Assembly (NCBI GenBank): GCA_046350855.1
Contig: JAXLZM010000002.1
Span: 142,103 to 206,102 of the forward strand
DNA length: 64,000 bases
Direction of reading: 5' to 3'
Source: Candidatus Anderseniibacteriota bacterium
GTDB taxonomy: Bacteria; Patescibacteriota; JAUYIX01
Below, in pieces: positions 9,929-20,149 of the stretch. Positions within the stretch are counted from its first letter, which is position 1, and every line of letters begins with the position of its first letter. The position numbers and the translations under genes are program-made. Below the pieces are notes generated by a model. That model saw only the letters and a program-made list of their open reading frames with translations. It was not told the origin of the DNA and searched no databases.

Positions 9929-10765
9929 CTAGCTAACGCGACTCTTGAGCAAACAAAAGGCTCGCTCATCATGTTCCATAGACTCCGGCGTCGAGCGCAC
10001 GGTGTCGCCGCGGGTGATAAACGAGACGACCTCCCAGCCACTACGACGACAGAGGGTTTTGAGTCCTTCCGGTGTAAAGACAAAAAAATTGGTGGGATCG
10101 TTGTTGAGTTCGTGTTCGCCCACTAGATAGCCGAGCGACTGATCCGCAATGTTAAAGGCATGCTTGGGCAAAAAGCGACAGACTTTGGTGCTGAGCAAGC
10201 AATAGTCGGCATGGCGCGCGAGGTGCTCCAGCGCGTAAAAAGGATTTTTGAGGTGGTAGAGAATACCCAAAAAGATGACCAAACCGTAGCGCTCGGTCGG
10301 CAGGGTGAACTGCGTATCCAAATCGATGTCGTAAATTTTGACTCGCGAACGCAACGTTTTTTTGAGTAGCTTAGGTCCACGCAACGCATTTTGATGCGTC
10401 TCAGCGTGGTCGATGAGCTGCACTTTTTTGACACCGAGTTTTTCAAACATAAACCCAAAGTCACCGTCAGCGCCGCCGATATCTGCTAGGGGTTTGTCAC
10501 CGATCAGGGCTGAGAGGTTGCGCCATTTGCCCTGCAACAGGGCGTCCAGGTGTTGCACATTAGAGAGTGAGCCATAGGGATACCAGGTAAAGGGCGGCTT
10601 GAGATCTCTACGCATTTTGTCAAAGGCCACCACAAACTTAGGCAGCTCCCGTTTGAGGGTCTCGACGGTAATGGGCTGGTTTGGCATAGCACACGATAAT
10701 GGCACGTCGTTGGCCCTGCTGCAACCATTTTGGCTATTTGCGCTCGTGCGGCCTGCCGCTGGCAT
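9929..10765 (-). CDS. putative class I SAM-dependent methyltransferase (start may be the Met at 10687)
   Basis: DIGGADGDFG Gly-rich motif and downstream acidic residue consistent with a Rossmann-fold methyltransferase. Confidence 0.5.
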   Translation of the reverse strand: MPAAGRTSANSQNGCSRANDVPLSCAMPNQPITVETLKRELPKFVVAFDKMRRDLKPPFTWYPYGSLSNVQHLDALLQGKWRNLSALIGDKPLADIGGADGDFGFMFEKLGVKKVQLIDHAETHQNALRGPKLLKKTLRSRVKIYDIDLDTQFTLPTERYGLVIFLGILYHLKNPFYALEHLARHADYCLLSTKVCRFLPKHAFNIADQSLGYLVGEHELNNDPTNFFVFTPEGLKTLCRRSGWEVVSFITRGDTVRSTPESMEHDERAFCLLKSRVS

Positions 10766-12392
10766 ACTACGCGCTTTTTGCTACTCTGCTGGAGTGTTTT
10801 TAAGCAGGCTGAACCCAAAGCAGATCGTTTGGCTGGAACGGCTTTTTTTGGCCGTGGTGGTGGGTGCCTACCTCTGCCTCGCGTTGGTTAAGGTCAAATA
10901 CCCGGGTATTTACGCCAGTGAAATCACCCATGCCCCTGCAATTTTTGGGCTACCCAACGCCCCTGCTCTAGTAAAGCTCGGTAATTTTCCGGTCTTGGTC
11001 ATGGCCTACTACGGCGCGGTCAAAGTGTACGTCGGTTGGCTGTTCTTTAAAGTTTTAGGGGTCTCGGTCTTGACCATCCGTTTGCCCTGGATTGTGTGTG
11101 CCGCGGGCGGCTTGGTCGCGCTCTACTACGGTCTGCGCAAATACACCAACCGAACCATCGCCGCCGTGACACTCCTCCTGCTCGTTTTGGACCCAACCTT
11201 TGTCTCACAGACCAAACTAGACTCTGGTCCAGTTGCACTCGAGTTCTTGATCAAAGCCTCGGTGCTTGGACTGTGGGCTACGCTCCTCAAACGCGCCGAG
11301 CCACGTCGTGCCCTCCGCTTACTGCTGCCGATTTGGCTACTCCTGGCCCTGGGTGAGTACAACAAGCTCAACTTTTTGTGGTTTGTAAACAGTTTTTACG
11401 CGGCGGCCGTCCTAGTCTACTGGCGCTCGTGGCTTGGCTGGTATAAAACCGGCGCCAAAAAAATCCGTCTCGGCTTGACCGCTTTTTTTGCTGGCTACCT
11501 CGCCTTGGTAGGGTACTTCTTTTTGATCCAAGAAAAGTTCCACATTCTTGAATACTCGGACAACGCCTTTAATTTGCGTGATCGGCTCGAGATTATTTTT
11601 GATCAATTTAAGCATCACGTTGAGGGCACGATTTTTTATAACTTTGCTCTAGGCACTCTGGATGAACCCTGGCTACCCTGGCTCTTTTGGGGTGTGCTTG
11701 GCTTGACGGGCCTGGGTCTTGCGGTAATCGCTGTAAATGCGCGACTCAGAAAATCGCTCGGTCGACAGACTATCTTTGTAACGCTCATCGTCCTCAGTAC
11801 TCTGGCCCAAATCGTCGCGACAAAAAGCGCCAAAGCCCCCTGGCATCTCTTTGCCCTCTTTCCGTTCTTTACGATTTTGACGGCGACCGGACTGTATGCC
11901 ATCGCCCAGTTGTTCAGACAAAAAATGCGTTGGGTGGTGCTCGGTCTGCTGCTACTTGGTTTTGTGAGTGCAGGGGTGCGGCTCCAGGCGCGTTACCTAG
12001 ACGCCTACGATGATCCTCCCAAAAATATTCACTGGTCGGCCGCGATTTACGATGTCTTGGACTACACCAAGGCCAGTCAAGCTAAGGTTATCTGTGTCGA
12101 CTGGGGCACCTACACGCCCTTAGCCGTGTTGGATCCGATTAAAGGTAAGTATCTCAATTATGTTTGGTACTTTAGACGGGAGGAACCAGAACGATACGCC
12201 GATACCGCCCGCCGCTACCTTGACCCCAAAAAAGGCTACCTGTTTGTCTTACAGGACCACGAGCGGGCTTACTTTAAAGAGGCGCAGGATAAGTTTTACG
12301 CTTCGCTCAAGGCGAGCGGCTACACGCTTGAGCCGGTTTTGACCGCTGGACAAGGGCCGGTGCCAGACTTTACCGTGTACCGCACCAAATAA
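10599..12392 (+). CDS. GT-C membrane glycosyltransferase, paralog 2 (start uncertain; 5' end of the ORF overlaps the convergent gene)
   Basis: ...LALVKVKYPGIYASE... loop and TM topology parallel the 3328 paralog. Confidence 0.6.
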   Translation: MRSLRILSKATTNLGSSRLRVSTVMGWFGIAHDNGTSLALLQPFWLFALVRPAAGILRAFCYSAGVFLSRLNPKQIVWLERLFLAVVVGAYLCLALVKVKYPGIYASEITHAPAIFGLPNAPALVKLGNFPVLVMAYYGAVKVYVGWLFFKVLGVSVLTIRLPWIVCAAGGLVALYYGLRKYTNRTIAAVTLLLLVLDPTFVSQTKLDSGPVALEFLIKASVLGLWATLLKRAEPRRALRLLLPIWLLLALGEYNKLNFLWFVNSFYAAAVLVYWRSWLGWYKTGAKKIRLGLTAFFAGYLALVGYFFLIQEKFHILEYSDNAFNLRDRLEIIFDQFKHHVEGTIFYNFALGTLDEPWLPWLFWGVLGLTGLGLAVIAVNARLRKSLGRQTIFVTLIVLSTLAQIVATKSAKAPWHLFALFPFFTILTATGLYAIAQLFRQKMRWVVLGLLLLGFVSAGVRLQARYLDAYDDPPKNIHWSAAIYDVLDYTKASQAKVICVDWGTYTPLAVLDPIKGKYLNYVWYFRREEPERYADTARRYLDPKKGYLFVLQDHERAYFKEAQDKFYASLKASGYTLEPVLTAGQGPVPDFTVYRTK

Positions 12393-12398
12393 ACTGCC

Positions 12399-14006
12399 GT
12401 GCAAAACACCCCCACCAAACCGACCCTCTTCAAAAAACTCCAAGCTTGGCTGCCCAGACTGGTCCCGGCCGTCCTGTTTTTAGGGATCACTTTTTTTGCG
12501 ACCTTTGCAGCCTATCGCTCGGTCTCGTCCTTTGATGGCGCCATGAACCTCCAGGTCCCCGTGACTTTAATTAAGGAGCACCGCTACGCAACCCACTACG
12601 GCTCCATTGTCGATTTTGATCATAAAATCCAGACCGGGCCTACGGTGCTAGTGCCCATCGCCCTCACGATCGGGGTGTTTGGCAAGTCGTTTTTCTCAGC
12701 CAGCTTGGTCAACTTGGTCTATCTATTGGGTTTTTTGGGTTTGCTGTTTTTGTTTGTACGGCGACTGGTTGGGCCTTGGTGGGCAACGCTGGCGGTCACT
12801 CTCGTTTTTGTAGTGCCCCGATTTTTAAATATCGCGATCAACCAGTATGGCGAAATCCCCGGCCTCTTTTTTGCCCTATCGGCTGCACTGGTGTTGGATC
12901 GGGTCGCACGTTCTCCCCGTCGACGCTTGTTGTTTGCGGTGGTCGCAGGGGTGCTACTCGGTCTCTCCGTCTTGACCAAGACCGTCATGCTTATCGTCGT
13001 GCCAAGTTTTGTGGTAGTGCTGCTCCTCGACCGTCTCTTAACCAAGCGGATTGCCTGGCGGCACTACCTGGCCTTTTTTATCTCGAGCGTTGTTCCGTAT
13101 GCCGCGTTTGAACTGTTTAAACTCTGGATGCTTGGTCTCACGCAATACAAACTGTGGTGGGCAACCGAACTCGGGGCGGTCTCCTCGCAGGCAGGGGTTG
13201 CCGAGGGTACCTTTAGTGATACGCCCGGGTTACTCCATAAGTTAGTGACACACATTGGTCTTCTGGGTAAGGAATTTGGCGCTTCGCAGATTTTGATGCT
13301 CGCTCTGGTTATTTTGCCGGTGCTGCTGGTGATTGGTAAAACCGTTCAGCTCGTCCGCCAAAAAAAGACGTTTACCTGGCCCCTCTCATTTTTTACGGTA
13401 GCGGGGATCGCCTACTCCTACTTTGGTTGGTGGCTCTTGATCACTCCTACCGCCCGGGCCTGGCACCGCCGCATTTTGGACGGTGTGATTGTGCAGGAGG
13501 TGCTTTTGGTCCTAACCTTAGCGGTCTTGGTTGTCTTGATCCGCAAAACTACAAGCCGACCCAAAAAAATCGGGGCACTGTTAGCAGCACTCCTCATAGT
13601 ACTCACCATGCTGTGGCAAGTCACCGTCTTTACTCCGCGCTTACGTACAGAGATCCAGGCGGCCAAAGTACGGCAGACGGTCGAGTACCTGGCGGGCAAG
13701 GTCTACCAGCTGCCCGAGGATGCCCGCATCTACGGCACAGGTTGGTGGCAATCCCCGCGCATGTCTTTTTTGTCTGGCCGAACCTTTGAAAGTATCAACC
13801 ACAACCCGCCTCAAGAAAGTGGGCCGCTCACGCATACATACTTTGTGGTAGAACGTGAGGCCTATGCGCTCAGTCGACCCGAGATCGATCGGATTTTATC
13901 CTGGTTTGACTACGAGGTGGTCGAGAACAAAAATTCGGGCAACGGCTACTACTCGATCTACCAGCTCAACTACTTTAACGAGCCGCCCGAGCAACGTGGC
14001 GAGTAA
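12399..14006 (+). CDS. GT-C membrane glycosyltransferase (ArnT/PMT-like), paralog 3
   Basis: Polytopic membrane protein with a large C-terminal domain; family resemblance to neighbours. Confidence 0.65.
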   Translation: MQNTPTKPTLFKKLQAWLPRLVPAVLFLGITFFATFAAYRSVSSFDGAMNLQVPVTLIKEHRYATHYGSIVDFDHKIQTGPTVLVPIALTIGVFGKSFFSASLVNLVYLLGFLGLLFLFVRRLVGPWWATLAVTLVFVVPRFLNIAINQYGEIPGLFFALSAALVLDRVARSPRRRLLFAVVAGVLLGLSVLTKTVMLIVVPSFVVVLLLDRLLTKRIAWRHYLAFFISSVVPYAAFELFKLWMLGLTQYKLWWATELGAVSSQAGVAEGTFSDTPGLLHKLVTHIGLLGKEFGASQILMLALVILPVLLVIGKTVQLVRQKKTFTWPLSFFTVAGIAYSYFGWWLLITPTARAWHRRILDGVIVQEVLLVLTLAVLVVLIRKTTSRPKKIGALLAALLIVLTMLWQVTVFTPRLRTEIQAAKVRQTVEYLAGKVYQLPEDARIYGTGWWQSPRMSFLSGRTFESINHNPPQESGPLTHTYFVVEREAYALSRPEIDRILSWFDYEVVENKNSGNGYYSIYQLNYFNEPPEQRGE

Positions 14007-14025
14007 GGCTACCTGAATGTGGTTC

Positions 14026-14733
14026 TTACTTTTTTGTAGCGACCGCTAAAATATTTTTGCCAAACCAGTACTGGGTCAGCCGATCAAGGCCCAGACTGAC
14101 TGGAAAGACGTACGTGTCGTAGGTTTTAACTTGTCCCGGTTGCAGGGTGCCCGAGCGGCGCAGCGTCTTGTACGTTAATGCGGCCAAAAAGCCGAGCGAG
14201 TCGACGTAGCGAATGGTATCAACGCTAAAACCAGCCGCTTGTAACTTTTTGTGGAGATCAGCTCGTGTATAACGGCGATGATGCCCTACCTCTTGGTCCA
14301 TTTTTGAGTACAAAACCGGAAAAGCTGGTACGTAGAGCATCAGCTTACCGCCGGGCTTGAGGGCCGCGGCCAGCTGGCGTAAGACTTGTTTGTCCTCTTT
14401 AATGTGCTCGAGTACGTTGAGGCTGTAGATGTACTCGGCTTGCGCCGGAAGTTGAGTGAGCGAGGCGACGCTCGCAAAACCATCCGCCTTGAGGGTGGCT
14501 TGCAGACTCGGATCCATCTCGACCGGGACGACCGAGTAGTGTTGCGCGCGCATAGCTTTGGCAAAGGTCCCGGTGCCCGCCCCAAAATCTACAACACCGC
14601 GGACCTCGGCTGGACAGTAACGTGTCACGAGCGACAGTAAAAATCCGTTGTAGCGCCGGGCCAGCGCCATGGCCTCGAGGTTAGAACGGCCGGTGTAAAT
14701 TGCGCCGCCTACTTTTTGAGTGTGCGCTTCCAT
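14026..14733 (-). CDS. class I SAM-dependent methyltransferase
   Basis: VVDFGAGTGTFAKAM motif I, acidic post-I residue, LKPGGKLMLYVP motif. Confidence 0.7.
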   Translation of the reverse strand: MEAHTQKVGGAIYTGRSNLEAMALARRYNGFLLSLVTRYCPAEVRGVVDFGAGTGTFAKAMRAQHYSVVPVEMDPSLQATLKADGFASVASLTQLPAQAEYIYSLNVLEHIKEDKQVLRQLAAALKPGGKLMLYVPAFPVLYSKMDQEVGHHRRYTRADLHKKLQAAGFSVDTIRYVDSLGFLAALTYKTLRRSGTLQPGQVKTYDTYVFPVSLGLDRLTQYWFGKNILAVATKK

Positions 14734-15623
14734 AGTTCAAAGGATTCGTTGTGGTACTTAACCGCGGAGTCGAGAATTAAGCCGATGGCGAGCGCCAGAC
14801 TGGCGAGGATGCTCAGTCCCACTGCCAAAATCGCCAAGGGTACGTGTGAGACATACTTGGTTTCTATGTAGTCGGCGATCGGTACTAGACCGGCCGCCAA
14901 GGCACCCAGTGCGATTACACCACTCAGGCCCGAGAAAAACAGCAACGGTCGATAGTGCTTACAGATGGAGAACAGCGCTCGCAGGATGATCGCCCCATCG
15001 CGGTAGGTGTTGAGTTTAGAGGTGCTGCCGGTTGGTCGGGCGCGGTAAGCCACCTGCTGCTCGACGATCAAAAAGTTTTTACTGGCGGCTTGCAAGGTCA
15101 TTTCGGTCTCGATTTCAAAACCGGCCGAGGTCAGCGGTACCGTTTTGACAAATTCTCGGGAGAACACTCGGTAGCCCGACAGCACGTCCGTCACCCGCAC
15201 CTTAAACAAACGTGAGATCAGGCTGGCGACCAGGCGGTTGCCAAAGTTATGGAAGAGCCTAAAGGATTGCTCCGAAAAATCCTGCAAACGAGTCGCCACC
15301 ACCATATCCGCTCCGGTTAGTTCTGCCAGGTGAATCAATCGTCCGGCCTCCTCAGCCGGGTAGGTGTCATCCCCATCCACCATCACATAGAGATCGGCAT
15401 CCACCGCGGCAAACATATGCCGGACCACGTAGCCCTTACCCTGCCGACGCGAGGCGATCACGGTGGCTCCCGCCTGGCGCGCTTTGTCGGCAGAGCCATC
15501 GCGTGAGTTATTATCAAAGACATATATCTGCGCGGTTGGGAGGTGACGTGTAAAGTCCTCGACCACCTTAGCGATGGTCAAGTGCTCGTTATAGCAGGGT
15601 ATCAGGACCGCAATCGTAGGCAT
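14709..15623 (-). CDS. polyprenyl-phosphate sugar synthase, GtrB/Dpm1-like GT2 (second copy)
   Basis: MPTIAVLIPCYNEHLTI...VFDNNSRDGS...VDGDDTY plus C-terminal TM helices. Confidence 0.8.
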   Translation of the reverse strand: MPTIAVLIPCYNEHLTIAKVVEDFTRHLPTAQIYVFDNNSRDGSADKARQAGATVIASRRQGKGYVVRHMFAAVDADLYVMVDGDDTYPAEEAGRLIHLAELTGADMVVATRLQDFSEQSFRLFHNFGNRLVASLISRLFKVRVTDVLSGYRVFSREFVKTVPLTSAGFEIETEMTLQAASKNFLIVEQQVAYRARPTGSTSKLNTYRDGAIILRALFSICKHYRPLLFFSGLSGVIALGALAAGLVPIADYIETKYVSHVPLAILAVGLSILASLALAIGLILDSAVKYHNESFELWKRTLKK

Positions 15624-15663
15624 ACAGAATGGTCGTACATACTAGCAAAGTTGAACTCACTGT

Positions 15664-17286
15664 CTAGAGCCGCTCAACGCGACAGAGCGAGTACTTGGCT
15701 CGGGTAATATGTGCACTAAACTTTTGACAGTTTTGATCGAGTAGTCTCAGGTTGAACTCAGCTAAAACCCGCTCGATCCGCAGGTCATCCTGTTTTTGGA
15801 ACAGCGCAAAAAGTGGATCGTGTGTCTCGGCTAAGGTAGGGCGGATAAACCGATCCACAAACCCGGCGTTGTCGTAGCGCTCGCCGTTCCAAGCTACGAG
15901 GCTACCGTCGATTCGAACAAAGCGATACTGCTCCGGAAAAAACGGAATCAAGTACGAGCGTGGACCGGAGCCAGGCAAGAGAACGGTCGCCGGTTTGGTG
16001 TCGGTGAGACGCGGTCGCACGTCAAAAAAATCTTGGGAGAATTCCACACTGCCAAAATCTGGGATGTTCATCCAGCCGATGCAGAGGACCAGGGCGAGCG
16101 ACTGCAGGACGGTGCGTAGTTTTGGGCGAGTGCGCGGTATCAAAAATACGAGCGCGGCAAACGCGACCAGTGGTGCGAGCAGCTCGAGAGTTTGAGCATA
16201 GCGGTAGTCATAGTAAACAAAACCCCACACCAAAAAAGAGACGCTGTATAAAACGAGCAGCGCAATTGAGACGCGATGTGCGGCGACCCGGGCGCGTTGC
16301 TTTTTTAACAAGAGGTACGCGATCGCCGCGAGCGAGAGGAGCAACAGGGTTACCACCAGGGCGTGACGCGCATCCTGGAACGGCCACTGCATGGCGTGGA
16401 TTCCTTTTTGAAGGAGCGCAAACGGAAAAAGCAGGATATCCCAGACGGAGTCGGCCGGTTTGGGTGCATAGAGAACCTTAGCGGTAAAGTAGACCGGTGA
16501 CTTAAAAAACTGGTTGGCAAAAGGGAAGACCGGGTTGTGGTAGCGCGTCCAGAGCACGTACATCCAATGCCCGTTAGCCAGTAAAAATCCGGCGCCCGTG
16601 GCAACCAGCCAGGTTCCAAAGTACACTGCTCTCTTTTTGAGCGACCCCGACTTAATTACCACAACTGCGGCGGTGGTGCCGATAGCGAGAGCCGCGCCGG
16701 TCAATTTGAGTCCAGCTCCTGCGCCGACTAACACCCCGGCGCTTAAGAAAAGAGCGGCCGCCATCCGGGGCTTGGTTGAGTAGGCAGAGCGCAGCAGGAG
16801 CCACAGGCCCAACAAAAAGAAGACGCTCACAAAATTATCATTAAAGGTTTTGCCGTGTTCGGCCAGCGTAACCGGCGCAATAAATCCGGCTACCGCGATG
16901 AGGAGAGCCCAGAGGGTCGCCACTGTCTTTTGATAGTGCTGTCGGGTGAACTCACGCGCGGCCAAAAAGAGCAGCCAAAAGTTGAGACCGTGTAAGACCC
17001 CCAGCCAAAAAACCGTCACCCGGGCCGAAAAATGCGTCACAAGTAGATAAAACGGCAAGTCGAGGAGGGGGTTGATAAAAGTTTGAACCTGCGCGGGGGC
17101 GATATCAAAATCCAGACGACCGTTTAGAAAAGCAAAGGCGTTGTACAAGTGGTAGTTAGCGAGGTCCCAGTTGGCATCCTGTTTAAACCAAATCGCGAGC
17201 AGACCAAAGCCAACCAGCGAGGCAGCAACGGCGAGGATCCAAAGAACGCGACGCATGCTAGACGTTAAATTTAAACTCCATGACAT
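15664..17286 (-). CDS. GT-C membrane glycosyltransferase, paralog 4 (start possibly the Met at 17256, which removes most of the overlap with ychF)
   Basis: About 12 TM helices and a C-terminal soluble domain; head-to-tail with ychF. Confidence 0.65.
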   Translation of the reverse strand: MSWSLNLTSSMRRVLWILAVAASLVGFGLLAIWFKQDANWDLANYHLYNAFAFLNGRLDFDIAPAQVQTFINPLLDLPFYLLVTHFSARVTVFWLGVLHGLNFWLLFLAAREFTRQHYQKTVATLWALLIAVAGFIAPVTLAEHGKTFNDNFVSVFFLLGLWLLLRSAYSTKPRMAAALFLSAGVLVGAGAGLKLTGAALAIGTTAAVVVIKSGSLKKRAVYFGTWLVATGAGFLLANGHWMYVLWTRYHNPVFPFANQFFKSPVYFTAKVLYAPKPADSVWDILLFPFALLQKGIHAMQWPFQDARHALVVTLLLLSLAAIAYLLLKKQRARVAAHRVSIALLVLYSVSFLVWGFVYYDYRYAQTLELLAPLVAFAALVFLIPRTRPKLRTVLQSLALVLCIGWMNIPDFGSVEFSQDFFDVRPRLTDTKPATVLLPGSGPRSYLIPFFPEQYRFVRIDGSLVAWNGERYDNAGFVDRFIRPTLAETHDPLFALFQKQDDLRIERVLAEFNLRLLDQNCQKFSAHITRAKYSLCRVERL

Positions 17287-18367
17287 CGCCGTCTTTGACC
17301 AGGTACTCTTTGCCTTCGGCGCGGACTTTGGCCTGCTCGCGGGCTTTAGGGTAGCCGCCGGCGTCTATAAGGTCCTTCCAAAAGACCGTCTCAGCTTTGA
17401 TAAATCCACGCTCAAAATCGGTATGGATGACGCCGGCGGCCCGCGGAGCGTGTGCCCCACGCTTCACCGTCCAGGCCCGCGACTCATCTGGTCCGGTGGT
17501 AAAAAAGGTAATCAATCCGAGAGCCTCGTAGGCGGCTTTAATCACGTCATCGAGTCCAGAGTGATCCAGTCCCATCTCTTGCAAAAAAGCGGCCTTGTCT
17601 TGGGCCTCGAGTTCTGAGAGCTCCGCTTCGATTTTGGCCGAGACGGGAACCACAATGACCGACCCCGTTGGCTTTTTGTGAGCGGCCGTCACCGACGCAA
17701 CCAGTGCCGTGCGCTTTTGTGCATCGCGGTATTGTTCTTCTGACAAGTTGACCACGTACAGGAGCGGCTTAGCGGTCAAGAGCCCAAGTTGCTGTGCAAA
17801 GGGTTGCTCCTCCTCGGTCAGTGAAACTTCGCGTGCAGCCTGACCGGCATCCAATGCACTTTTAAGTTTGAATAAGGCAGTTTGTTCTGCCAGCGCCTCT
17901 TTTTTACCGGACTTAGCCAGACGTGCAACTGATTGCAGTCGCTTAGTGACGGTCTCTAGATCAGCCAGCGCCAACTCAGTATTAATTGCGTCGATGTCGT
18001 TGGTTGGATCGATCTTGCCGTGCACGTGCGTTACGTTGCTATCCTCAAAGACCCGTACGACCTCAGCCACCGCGGCTACCTCTCTAATGTGCGACAAAAA
18101 TTTGTTGCCCAGACCCTCGCCTTTGTGTGCGCCGCGCACCAGCCCTGCGATGTCCACAAACTCCACGATGGTCGGGACGACTTTGGCTGAGGCGGACAAT
18201 TTGGCCAGAGCGTCTAGTCGTTGATCCGGAACGGCCACCACCCCGACGTTAGGTTCGATCGTAGTAAAAGGGTAGTTCTCAGCGGCAACCTGTTTTTTGG
18301 TTAGGGCCTTAAACAACGTCGACTTACCGACGTTGGGTAGCCCCACGATGCCGATCTTGATGTTCAT
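17258..18367 (-). CDS. ychF: ribosome-binding ATPase YchF (Obg-like GTPase family)
   Basis: MNIKIGIVGLPNVGKSTLFKALT P-loop, TGS domain at the C-terminus. Confidence 0.9.
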   Translation of the reverse strand: MNIKIGIVGLPNVGKSTLFKALTKKQVAAENYPFTTIEPNVGVVAVPDQRLDALAKLSASAKVVPTIVEFVDIAGLVRGAHKGEGLGNKFLSHIREVAAVAEVVRVFEDSNVTHVHGKIDPTNDIDAINTELALADLETVTKRLQSVARLAKSGKKEALAEQTALFKLKSALDAGQAAREVSLTEEEQPFAQQLGLLTAKPLLYVVNLSEEQYRDAQKRTALVASVTAAHKKPTGSVIVVPVSAKIEAELSELEAQDKAAFLQEMGLDHSGLDDVIKAAYEALGLITFFTTGPDESRAWTVKRGAHAPRAAGVIHTDFERGFIKAETVFWKDLIDAGGYPKAREQAKVRAEGKEYLVKDGDVMEFKFNV

Positions 18368-18423
18368 CCGGCTAGCGTAAAGCGATCGCTTGCATCGGTC
18401 AATCCAGTCGGTAGCATGCCGGT

Positions 18424-19776
18424 ATGCCCCAAGTGGTCCCGACCATTTTTACCGAGGAGGCCATCCGCGGCCAGTACCCGGGTGAACTCAACGAGGGTTC
18501 GGCCTACTTGCTCGGTCGTGCTTTTGCGCAAGTCTTGCGAGCGCGCAAGGTGGTGCTCGGCCGTGACGCGCGGCCCTCCTCACACAGTTTGGCTGCCAGC
18601 TTTACTAAAGGTTTATTGGAGGAGGGGGTAACGGTGCACGATCTCGGTTGGGCCAGCACCCCCTACCTCTCCTTTGCCTGCCAGCAGGCCGACTACGACG
18701 GCTCGGTCATGGTCACGGCCTCGCACCTGCCCGCCGACAGCAATGGCTTTTTGCTGACCGCGGCGCGCGGTAAACCCCTGACCCTCGAGCGGGGACTGAC
18801 CGAACTGCGAGACCTGCTGCGTCAGGGCTTGCCCTATCGACCCGTCCCGGTCGGTACGGTGGCCGCCAAAGATTACTCGACCATTTATCTCGATGCCATC
18901 ACGCGTCAGCGTATTATCAAAAAGTGCACGGTCGCGATCGATACAAGCAATGGCATGGCGGGCTTAGTCGTCCCCGCGATCTTGCAGCGCTTTCCGCAAG
19001 TGACCCTCGTGCCGATTAACTTTGAGATCGACGGGCTGTTTCCTGGTCACGTGCCCAACCCCCTTTTGCCCGATGCGCTGATCAAACTCAAGGGCGCGGT
19101 GCGTCTCAACAAGTGCGATTTAGGAGTAGCCTTTGACGGCGACGGCGATCAGATCGCCTTTATCACTCCTCAGGGTGAACTCCTCCCCGGCGACTTTGTG
19201 GGGGTGTTATTAGCCCAGCGTCAACTCCTCAAGCATCCGGCCGAGACGATTCTGCACGATGTACGTGCCTCCTGGGCCGTGGCCGAAGAAGTCAAAAAAA
19301 TCGGTGGTCGTCCGATTGAGACACGTACCGGCAGCGGCCACATCAAACAAGCCATGCGCGAGCAGCAGGCGATTTTTGCCGCCGACCCGAGCATGCACTA
19401 CTACTTTAAAGATTTTTACGGTAGCGATAACGCTGATTACGCCTTGCTCGAGATGCTCGAGCTCTTGAGCGAGGCCCAGCAGCCCCTGCAAGAGTTGGTT
19501 GCCCCGCTTAAAAAGTATATTCAGTCGGGCGAGATCAGTCTCCCGGTCACCGATCCACAGGCTGTTTTGTCCGCCGTGGCCACGCACTTTAAAAATGCAC
19601 AGCAAAAGAATCTCGATGGCCTCTCACTGACGTACCCCGATTGGCATCTCAACATTCGCTCCGCTCTGGCGCAACCGATCGTGCACTTTAACCTCGAGGC
19701 TAAATCCTCGGCCCTGCTCAAAGAAAAACGCAACGAGCTGGCAGAACTCCTGCAGCCGTTTGTACAACCCAATTAA
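18424..19776 (+). CDS. phosphomannomutase / phosphoglucomutase (alpha-D-phosphohexomutase)
   Basis: Active-site Ser loop TASHLPADSNGF, metal-binding DGDGDQ, four-domain length. Confidence 0.85.
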   Translation: MPQVVPTIFTEEAIRGQYPGELNEGSAYLLGRAFAQVLRARKVVLGRDARPSSHSLAASFTKGLLEEGVTVHDLGWASTPYLSFACQQADYDGSVMVTASHLPADSNGFLLTAARGKPLTLERGLTELRDLLRQGLPYRPVPVGTVAAKDYSTIYLDAITRQRIIKKCTVAIDTSNGMAGLVVPAILQRFPQVTLVPINFEIDGLFPGHVPNPLLPDALIKLKGAVRLNKCDLGVAFDGDGDQIAFITPQGELLPGDFVGVLLAQRQLLKHPAETILHDVRASWAVAEEVKKIGGRPIETRTGSGHIKQAMREQQAIFAADPSMHYYFKDFYGSDNADYALLEMLELLSEAQQPLQELVAPLKKYIQSGEISLPVTDPQAVLSAVATHFKNAQQKNLDGLSLTYPDWHLNIRSALAQPIVHFNLEAKSSALLKEKRNELAELLQPFVQPN

Positions 19777-20045
19777 ATCTGGACCTGCCCAAAGTTCTTG
19801 ATCTCGAGTTTTTCAATTCGAGTTTCGTGGCGCCCAACTGCACTCTTGAGCGCAACCTGTTCCGTGTCTTTTTTAGAAAGCATGCCTATAATCCGATCAA
19901 GTTTTTGAGTTACGCCATCACTTTTATTGTCCAGCACAGTGAGGCGTTTCTCTATCTTGTTCAAGCGTAATTCATGTACATTAAATGCTTTTAGGAGCGC
20001 CAAAAGGGTCGTTTTTATCCATTTAAAGCTTGGATCAGCAACCAT
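19773..20045 (-). CDS. hypothetical small coiled-coil protein (weak call)
   Basis: Single ORF in an AT-richer spacer; no motif. Confidence 0.25.
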   Translation of the reverse strand: MVADPSFKWIKTTLLALLKAFNVHELRLNKIEKRLTVLDNKSDGVTQKLDRIIGMLSKKDTEQVALKSAVGRHETRIEKLEIKNFGQVQI

Positions 20046-20149
20046 GTGGGTGAGTTTAGCAAATTATGCAGCCAGTGTAGCGAGGCTTCCTTAACAAAAG
20101 ATTAACAAAACACAGTTTTGGCGAGTACTTTTGTTGATAACTCAGTTAA

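Noticed and set aside
10599-10765. 5' 167 nt of the GT-C ORF overlapping the convergent methyltransferase ORF
   Set aside because: Probably not coding: both ORF tracks are extended to the first possible start codon; real starts are likely internal, but I could not pinpoint them without an RBS model
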